32,000 nucleotides of DNA, taken from assembly GCF_000010625.1 (NCBI RefSeq), contig NC_010296.1:930001-962000 (forward strand), read 5' to 3'. Shown piece after piece: positions 16,967 through 23,493 of the stretch. How positions within the stretch are numbered: the first letter of the stretch is position 1; every line of letters starts with the position of its first letter. Under the pieces are notes generated by a model. It did not search any database. It was not told where the DNA came from and saw only the letters and a program-made list of their open reading frames with translations. This DNA comes from Microcystis aeruginosa NIES-843. Its GTDB lineage: Bacteria > Cyanobacteriota > Cyanobacteriia > Cyanobacteriales > Microcystaceae. Made by a program: the position numbers and the translations under genes.

Positions 16967-17755
16967 ATGACACCATCTGCTATTGATTTACCAACAAAAT
17001 CAACGATAATCACCTGGGAAAAACTGCCCGATGATTTTATTCTACCTGACGAACCTGTGGACAATAACCTGCAACCCCTATTAGCAGCCGCTTTACGGGA
17101 ATCCCTAGAATTAGCAGGACTAATTCTAGAATCGATGCTAATTGCTTCTAATTTTGGCTTATGTGCTACCGTTAAAACTCAAACTGTTGTCAAAGCACCT
17201 GATTGGGTTTATATTCCCTCGGTAAAACCGATTCCTGGCGGAAAAATTCGGCGCAGTTATACTCCCCATCTTGAAGGAGAAATTCCTACCATCGTCCTAG
17301 AGTTTATCTCGGAAACCGAAGGGGGTGAATATTCCATCAATCCTCACTATCCCTATGGAAAATGGTATTTTTACGAGCAAATCTTACAAGTACCTATCTA
17401 TGGAATATTTCAGCCAAAAACCGGAGAATTAGAAATTTATCGATTGAATCAAGGAAGATATGAACAACAAAAACCTAATGAAAACAATCGTTATTGGATA
17501 GCAGAGATTAACTTATTTTTGGGAGTCTGGCAGGGAAAAAAAGCGGAAGTAACAGCCTATTGGTTACGTTGGTGGGATAAGTCGGGCAATCTGTTATTAT
17601 GGGGGAGTGAGTTAGTAGAGCAAGAAAGGCAACGAGCCGAGCAGGAGCGTCAACGGGCCGAACAAGCTGAGTTAGAACTTGAGCAAGAACAAATTGCTCG
17701 CCAACGTTTGGTGCAAAAGTTAAAAGAGTTGGGAGTTAATCCTGAAAATCTATAG
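16967..17755 (+). CDS. Uma2-family paralog G5 (N-term A, core Y, 2 heptads, tail beta)
   Basis: Shares the G3 N-terminus and beta tail but carries the YRLNQGRYEQQKPNENNRYWIAEINLFLGVWQGKKAEVTAYW patch. ATG 16967 is homologous to the G2 and G3 starts; the track uses TTG 16958. Confidence 0.8.
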   Translation: MTPSAIDLPTKSTIITWEKLPDDFILPDEPVDNNLQPLLAAALRESLELAGLILESMLIASNFGLCATVKTQTVVKAPDWVYIPSVKPIPGGKIRRSYTPHLEGEIPTIVLEFISETEGGEYSINPHYPYGKWYFYEQILQVPIYGIFQPKTGELEIYRLNQGRYEQQKPNENNRYWIAEINLFLGVWQGKKAEVTAYWLRWWDKSGNLLLWGSELVEQERQRAEQERQRAEQAELELEQEQIARQRLVQKLKELGVNPENL

Positions 17756-17789
17756 CCCATTTTAGATATTTGAATTAGTGAAATTACTT

Positions 17790-18536
17790 ATGACAGCCAT
17801 GCAACTACTTCAGTCAAACCCCTTACCAACTATTACCTGGGAAAAACTGCCAGATGATTTTATTCTACCTGACGAACCTGTGGACAACAACTTGCAACCC
17901 CTATTAGCAGCCGCTTTACGAGAATCGTTAGAATTAGCAGGACTAATTCTGGAATCGATGCTAATTGCCTCTAATTTTGGCTTGTGTGCTACCGTTAAAA
18001 CTCAAACAGTTGTCAAAGCACCTGATTGGGTTTATATTCCCTCGGTAAAACCGATTCCTGGCGGAAAAATTCGGCGCAGTTATACTCCCCATCTTGAAGG
18101 AGAAATTCCTACCATCGTCCTAGAGTTTATCTCGGAAACCGAAGGGGGTGAATATTCCATCAATCCTCACTATCCCTATGGAAAATGGTATTTTTACGAG
18201 CAAATCTTACAAGTACCTATCTATGGAATATTTCAGCCAAAAACCGGAGAATTAGAAATTTATCGATTGAATCAAGGAAGATATGAACAACAAAAACCTG
18301 ATGAAAACAATCGTTATTGGATAGCAGAGATTAACTTATTTTTGGGAGTCTGGCAGGGAAAAAAAGCGGAAGTAACAGCCTATTGGTTGCGCTGGTGGGA
18401 TAAGTCGGGCAATCTGTTATTATGGGGGAGTGAACGAGTCGCACAAACTGAATATCAACTCGAACAGGAGCGAATGTTACGGCACAAATTAGCTGAAAAA
18501 TTAAGAGAAATAGGCGTTGAACCAGAAACCTTGTAG
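17790..18536 (+). CDS. Uma2-family paralog G6 (N-term B, core Y, 0 heptads, tail gamma)
   Basis: Shares the G4 N-terminus and the G5 core. It has a unique tail, RVAQTEYQLEQERMLRHKLAEKLREIGVEPETL. Start uncertain, as for G4. Confidence 0.75.
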   Translation: MTAMQLLQSNPLPTITWEKLPDDFILPDEPVDNNLQPLLAAALRESLELAGLILESMLIASNFGLCATVKTQTVVKAPDWVYIPSVKPIPGGKIRRSYTPHLEGEIPTIVLEFISETEGGEYSINPHYPYGKWYFYEQILQVPIYGIFQPKTGELEIYRLNQGRYEQQKPDENNRYWIAEINLFLGVWQGKKAEVTAYWLRWWDKSGNLLLWGSERVAQTEYQLEQERMLRHKLAEKLREIGVEPETL

Positions 18537-18595
18537 GAGACTTGTCAAATGCTGATAAAATCATGGAAGGAATCTTGGTAATGATTCGGGGCTGA
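18536..18595 (+). pseudogene. C-terminal stump of a DegT/RfbH-like gene
   Basis: Encodes [19 protein letters not shown]. The first 10 residues are identical to rfb[11 protein letters not shown] (about 8473-8502), and the six codons that differ are all synonymous (GGG/GGA, GAT/GAC, TTA/TTG, AGC/TCA, GCC/GCT...). The stop at 18593-18595 lies 2 nt before the SDR ATG, like an old operon junction. Confidence 0.55.
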
Positions 18596-18597
18596 AG

Positions 18598-19656
18598 ATG
18601 CAACCTAACCTAACAAATGACTTAAATCACATTCTTGCCCATACTAAAACCCTGTGGGAGGAATTGCGGGGACAACGGATATTTATTACCGGAGGTACAG
18701 GCTTTTTTGGCTGTTGGTTATTAGAAAGTTTTATTTGGGCTAATGATCAGCTAGACTTAAAAGCATCGGCAGTGGTTTTAACCAGAAATCCTGATAGTTT
18801 CAGGCAAAAAGCTCCTCATTTAGCCAATCATCCCGCTATTCAATTCCCTAGCGGTGATGTTAGGTCATTTCAGTTTCCTAAAGGGGAGTTTTCTTATATT
18901 ATTCATGCGGCAACGGATGCAAGTTCTCTAGTACATCAAGAGGATCGTCTTTTTGTCCTAGATACTACAGTACAAGGGACTCGGCGAGTGCTAGATTTTG
19001 CTAAAAATTGTGGCACAAAAAAATTATTACTAACTAGCTCAGGAGCAATTTATGGTCAACAACCCTCAGATATAAGTCATATTCCGGAAAGTTATCAAGG
19101 GGCGCCGGATGTGAGTTCTCCTAACTCCGTTTATGGAGAGGGAAAACGACTCGCAGAACTCTTGAGTGTCTTGTATGCTCAGGAGTATAATATAGAGGTA
19201 AAAATCGCCAGGTGTTTTGCCTTTGTCGGTCCCTATTTACCTTTAGATGGATCTTTTGCCATTGGCAACTTTATCAAGGACAGTTTAGAGGGAAAAACGA
19301 TTCATATTAAAGGAGATGGAACCCCCTATCGTTCCTATTTATATGCTTCGGATTTGATGATTTGGTTATGGACTATATTATTTAAGGGTGAGTCTTGTCG
19401 TCCTTATAATGTGGGTTCAAATGTGGAAATCAACATCAAAGATACCGCCTTAGCAGTGGCGGAAATTGCTGGACACCCTAATTCTATCACTGTTGCTCAA
19501 GAACCAGTTGTAGGTCAACGGATTGCCAGATATGTACCCGCTACTGACAGAGCATTAAAAGAATTAGGACTCAAGGCAACCGTTGATTTATCTACAGGGA
19601 TTAAAAAAACCCTTGCATGGTATCAACAAAGACTAACACAAACTGATAATCATTGA
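18598..19656 (+). CDS. NAD-dependent epimerase/dehydratase-family SDR
   Basis: RIFITGGTGFFGCWLLE (GxxGxxG) and YGEGKR (YxxxK). 352 aa. Confidence 0.8.
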   Translation: MQPNLTNDLNHILAHTKTLWEELRGQRIFITGGTGFFGCWLLESFIWANDQLDLKASAVVLTRNPDSFRQKAPHLANHPAIQFPSGDVRSFQFPKGEFSYIIHAATDASSLVHQEDRLFVLDTTVQGTRRVLDFAKNCGTKKLLLTSSGAIYGQQPSDISHIPESYQGAPDVSSPNSVYGEGKRLAELLSVLYAQEYNIEVKIARCFAFVGPYLPLDGSFAIGNFIKDSLEGKTIHIKGDGTPYRSYLYASDLMIWLWTILFKGESCRPYNVGSNVEINIKDTALAVAEIAGHPNSITVAQEPVVGQRIARYVPATDRALKELGLKATVDLSTGIKKTLAWYQQRLTQTDNH

Positions 19657-19668
19657 GGAGTTTAACTC

Positions 19669-20493
19669 ATGAAATTTGCGGCGAATCAACTCCGTCAAAC
19701 TGTTCTGAGGATGGCCTTTGCTGGTTCGACCGTGCATATTGGCTGTGCCTTTTCTATTATCGAGATTCTCGCAGTTCTCTATCGTTCTTACCTAAATCTA
19801 GGGAATGGTCAACCGGAGTCCCCCGGCAGAGATTATTTAATTCTCAGTAAAGGTCATGGAGTAATGGCTCAATATGCTTGTATGTATGAGTTAGGCTGGC
19901 TAACGGATAAGGATATTGATAATTACTTTGGGGATGGTACAATTCTTAAAGGGTTATCTGATGCTCATGTGCCTGGTTTAGAAGTAAGTTCAGGGTCTTT
20001 AGGGCATGGTTTATCTGTGGGTGTTGGCATAGCGTTAGCTAGTAAAATTAAAGGAACCGGACAGCGTTGTTTTGCCCTTGTGGGGGATGGAGAAATTAAT
20101 GAGGGGTCGATTTGGGAAGCCCTACTTTTTGCCTCTCATTTTCAACTATCTAACTTGTTAGTCATTGTAGATGCTAATGGTTATCAAGCGATGGGTACTA
20201 CTCAAGAAGTGATGAATTTAGGTCAAATTGCTGATAAGTTCCGGGCTTTTGGTTTTGACTGTCGAGAAGTAGATGGTCATGATGAAAAGGCATTATATCA
20301 GGTCTTTCAAGAATTATTAGAACTGTCTTCTTCTTGTCCTAAAGCTGTTATCGCTCACACGGTTAAAGGGAAAGGTGTTTCTTTCATGGAAGATAATAAT
20401 GTTTGGCATTATAGCCGCTTAAATCGAGAAATTTATGCACAAGCTAAAGCCGAATTAGAACCTCAAGTTTACAAGGATAAATTAAGTTTATGA
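19669..20493 (+). CDS. transketolase, N-terminal (ThDP-binding) subunit
   Basis: SKGHG, GSLGHGLSVGVGIALA, and GDGEINEGSIWEALLFASHFQLSNLLVIVDANG (the GDG...N ThDP motif). 274 aa. The stop overlaps the next start (ATGA at 20490). Confidence 0.85.
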   Translation: MKFAANQLRQTVLRMAFAGSTVHIGCAFSIIEILAVLYRSYLNLGNGQPESPGRDYLILSKGHGVMAQYACMYELGWLTDKDIDNYFGDGTILKGLSDAHVPGLEVSSGSLGHGLSVGVGIALASKIKGTGQRCFALVGDGEINEGSIWEALLFASHFQLSNLLVIVDANGYQAMGTTQEVMNLGQIADKFRAFGFDCREVDGHDEKALYQVFQELLELSSSCPKAVIAHTVKGKGVSFMEDNNVWHYSRLNREIYAQAKAELEPQVYKDKLSL

Positions 20494-21401
20494 GAAACGC
20501 TTTTTCAGATGCTTTAGTCAAATTTGCTTTAGGGGATGAGCGAGTTCTGTTATTAACCGGGGACCATGGTTATGCTTTATTCGATGATTTTCGTCAGGCT
20601 TGCCCTAAACAATATATCAATGCGGGGGTAGCAGAACAAAATATGGTAGGTGTGGCGGCAGGACTCGCTAAATCGGGGTTTTTTCCAGTAGTTTATGGTT
20701 TAAGTTCTTTTCTGCCGATAAGAGTTCTAGAACAAATTAAGTTAGATATTTGTTATGAACAATTAAAGGTTTTATTGATTGGAGATGGTGCTGGAGTGGT
20801 CTATAGTAGTCTGGGTTCTAGTCATCAGTCTACCGAAGATATTGCCGCTTTAAGGGCTTTACCTAATATCTCGATTCTCTCCCCGGCAGATGCCTCCGAA
20901 ATGACTCAATGCCTGAATTGGGCTTTTAACAGTGATAGACCAGTTTATTTACGCATGGGTAAGGCAGATTTAGGGGTAATTCATGAGACTTTACCTAACC
21001 TTGAGCCGGGTAAACTTTACCCCGTTAAACCAGGCACCGGCAACCTTGGATTTTTGGCAACAGGTTCGATGGTTAAAACGGCTCTAGAAGTGGCTCAAGA
21101 ATGGGATAATAGTGGGGTGTGGAGTGTTCCTTTTATTAAGCCTCTTGATGTCCAACAAGTGAGAGAAATTTGTCAGCAATATCAAGCTATTGTGGTGATA
21201 GAAGAACATTCTATCTATGGGGGTTTGGGTGCTGCTATTTCTGAAATTGCCAGCACCTATCATCCCAGTTGGATTTGTCGCATTGGTATTGAAGATAGAT
21301 TTTCTCAATTTTGCGGAACTTATCAATATTTGATGCAAGAACATCGGCTAGATGTTACCTCAGTCAAGGAAAAAGTTAGAAATTTTATGTCACGATTGTA
21401 G
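20490..21401 (+). CDS. transketolase, C-terminal (pyrimidine-binding) subunit
   Basis: INAGVAEQNMVGVAAGLAKSG and GSSHQSTEDIAALRALPN are typical of the transketolase Pyr and C-terminal domains. 303 aa. Confidence 0.85.
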   Translation: MRNAFSDALVKFALGDERVLLLTGDHGYALFDDFRQACPKQYINAGVAEQNMVGVAAGLAKSGFFPVVYGLSSFLPIRVLEQIKLDICYEQLKVLLIGDGAGVVYSSLGSSHQSTEDIAALRALPNISILSPADASEMTQCLNWAFNSDRPVYLRMGKADLGVIHETLPNLEPGKLYPVKPGTGNLGFLATGSMVKTALEVAQEWDNSGVWSVPFIKPLDVQQVREICQQYQAIVVIEEHSIYGGLGAAISEIASTYHPSWICRIGIEDRFSQFCGTYQYLMQEHRLDVTSVKEKVRNFMSRL

Positions 21402-21405
21402 AAAA

Positions 21406-21804
21406 ATGTATCTGTTCCAAAAAAGCAAATTTGCCAGATTTTTGTTAGTTGGCGTACTGAATACCTTATTTGGTTATTTTTTATACGGTAGTCTTATACT
21501 GATAGGACTAAATTACAAGTACGCTGTCTTGCTGGCTACTATTATCGGAGTCTTATTTAACTTTCAAACCACGGGAAGACTGGTTTTTGGTAGCAAAAAC
21601 AACAAATTGATTTTTCGTTTTGTCTTAGTTTATGTGGCGACTTTTCTCTTGAACGTTGAGGCTCTGAGATTTGTCGATGGGATGAATATAAATATCGAAC
21701 AGAAAACCAAAATGCTTATTGCTGGAGCCATCTTGGTTCTTCCCATGGCTGTCATCTCTTTTGTTTTAATGAAACTATTTGTTTTTAGAGAAGGCTCACA
21801 ATGA
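21406..21804 (+). CDS. GtrA-family small membrane protein (polyprenyl-P-sugar translocase-like)
   Basis: The FARFLLVGVLNTLFGYFLY opening and four TM segments in about 130 aa match the GtrA-like pattern. Start taken at ATG 21406, just after the upstream stop. The stop overlaps the next start (ATGA at 21801). Confidence 0.75.
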   Translation: MYLFQKSKFARFLLVGVLNTLFGYFLYGSLILIGLNYKYAVLLATIIGVLFNFQTTGRLVFGSKNNKLIFRFVLVYVATFLLNVEALRFVDGMNINIEQKTKMLIAGAILVLPMAVISFVLMKLFVFREGSQ

Positions 21805-22733
21805 AAAAAATTACGATTATGACTCCTTGTTATAATGAAGAAGGGAATGTTGAAGACCTTTACCTGCGAGTTAAAGAAGTCTTTAATCAGTTACCTAACT
21901 ATGAGTATGAACATCTTTTTATCGATAACGCTTCCCAAGATAAAACTGTAGATGAATTAAAAAAAATTGCTCAAAAAGACCCCGGGATAAAAGTCATCGT
22001 TAATGCTAGAAATTTCGGTCCCGTTCGTTCTGGTTACTATGGTATTCTTCAGTGTTACGGAGATGCGGTTATTTTTATGGTAGCAGATCTGCAAGATCCT
22101 CCCGAATTAATCCTAGAATTTGTCAAGAAGTGGGAAGAAGGCTATAAAGTTGTTAAGGCGTTTAAAACGCCGATGAAAGAAGGATCTTTTTTCTATTTTG
22201 CTAGACAAATTTTTTATTATTTAATGGACAATCTTTCGGATATAAAAGTTACTAGAAACTTTACAGGTTTCGGTTTATACGATCAGAAAGTCATTAATGT
22301 TCTACGAGAGATTAACGATCCCTATCCCTATTTTAGGGGACTCATTGAAGAGTTGGGTTTTGAAAGTTTCTCTTTTGAGTATCAACAACAACGGCGAAAA
22401 CGGGGTATTAGTAGTTACAATTTCTATCGATACTATAGCGAGGCGATGCTGGGTATTACCAGTCACTCCCAAGTTCCCCTCAGACTGGCCACCATGTTAG
22501 GCTTTGCTTTGTCCCTCTTGAGTTTGCTAGTGGCGTTAGGTTATTTAATCGCCAAATTGTTGTTCTGGGATTATTTTCCTTTGGGAACCGTACCAATCAT
22601 GGTCGGACTATTTTTAATCGCTTCGGTGCAACTATTTTTTATCGGCATTATTGGGGAATACATTGGCTTAATGCACATGAGAATTTTAAAAAGGCCTTTA
22701 GTTGTCGAACGAGAACGGATTAACTTTGAGTGA
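21801..22733 (+). CDS. GT2 polyprenyl-phosphate glycosyltransferase (GtrB / ArnC-like), second copy
   Basis: ITIMTPCYNEEGN, FIDNASQDKT, ADLQDPPE and two C-terminal TM helices plus IGIIGEYIG. Collinear paralog of 10192-11133. Confidence 0.85.
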   Translation: MKKITIMTPCYNEEGNVEDLYLRVKEVFNQLPNYEYEHLFIDNASQDKTVDELKKIAQKDPGIKVIVNARNFGPVRSGYYGILQCYGDAVIFMVADLQDPPELILEFVKKWEEGYKVVKAFKTPMKEGSFFYFARQIFYYLMDNLSDIKVTRNFTGFGLYDQKVINVLREINDPYPYFRGLIEELGFESFSFEYQQQRRKRGISSYNFYRYYSEAMLGITSHSQVPLRLATMLGFALSLLSLLVALGYLIAKLLFWDYFPLGTVPIMVGLFLIASVQLFFIGIIGEYIGLMHMRILKRPLVVERERINFE

Positions 22734-22788
22734 AGACTGTATTTGTTATACTAACTTAATCTTGGAGGACAAATGGTAATGGTTAGGC

Positions 22789-22813
22789 GTTGGGTTTCAT
22801 GCTTCAACCCAAC
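22789..22813. repeat. GTTGGGTT / AACCCAAC hairpin element
   Basis: 8-bp perfect stem (22789-22796 / 22806-22813) with a 9-nt loop, 55 nt after the GT2 stop. No clear T-run, so terminator function is uncertain. Confidence 0.35.
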
Positions 22814-23084
22814 CTATGTTCATCTTATATTTAATTCCACCTACCTACTTAAATACAATAGAAAACCTATCTGGATTAGCTAATCTATATATAGCGTTTT
22901 TCAGTCTAATGAGGTATAGTAAATCCATCGATAGATAATAGATAGGCGTTTCAGCGTTTCAATCGGGACTCACCGCTATAGTAAAATGTAGATTCTGTGT
23001 ACCCCCCCACTTTTCTATATCGATTTAGCCTGATTGACGATTCGATCGTAAAATAGCAACAGATCAAGAGAGTACAGGTCAAAT

Positions 23085-23354
23085 ATGCCGAAATTTGTTA
23101 TCTGGGGTAGTTATTGTGAAAACGTGCTGGAAAAACGCGCACCCTATCGTCAAGCGCATCTAGAGGGATTAAATCAACAGAAAGAACGGGGAATTCTCAT
23201 TACTATCGGACCAACGGCAGATTTAAGCCAAGTTTTCGGAATTTATCAGGCAGCCAGCGAGTCAGAAGTGCGAGAATTAATCGAAGCGGACCCCTACTGG
23301 CAAAATGGTATCTGGACAGAGTACCAAGTCAAAGAATGGATTCAAGCTATCTAA
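23085..23354 (+). CDS. YciI-family protein
   Basis: 89 aa. The APYRQAHLEGL...G...GP......IY.A.SE.EVRELIEADPY pattern is typical of YciI-like proteins. Confidence 0.7.
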   Translation: MPKFVIWGSYCENVLEKRAPYRQAHLEGLNQQKERGILITIGPTADLSQVFGIYQAASESEVRELIEADPYWQNGIWTEYQVKEWIQAI

Positions 23355-23493
23355 GGGGGCTATCAGCTATATTTTTCTATAAGGGTGTTGTCATCTCCGG
23401 TCAAGTCTGAGGATATTTTCAAGGATAAACCGAAGTTATCCCTTATAGATTAAAGCTGACAGCTGACAGCTTTCCTACTTTTTGCTTATCGCC

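Larger units (their letters stand above)
16851..18536 (+). repeat. two-gene tandem unit 2 (long spacer + G5 + short spacer + G6)
   Basis: See unit 1. It diverges from unit 1 in the core Y patch and in the final gamma tail. Confidence 0.85.

Noticed and set aside
17441-17570. Diversity-generating retroelement as the source of the X/Y patch
   Set aside because: There is no reverse transcriptase or template repeat in the window. The substitutions involve all four bases and are not adenine-specific.
19653-19850. 65-aa + strand ORF overlapping the start of the transketolase N-subunit
   Set aside because: It is in an alternative frame of a well-supported CDS. The 19669 ATG gives the conserved transketolase N-terminus.
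23377-23448. 9-bp inverted repeat CTATAAGGG / CCCTTATAG upstream of smc
   Set aside because: The arms are separated by about 55 nt and there is no supporting conservation. It could be chance in AT-rich intergenic DNA.
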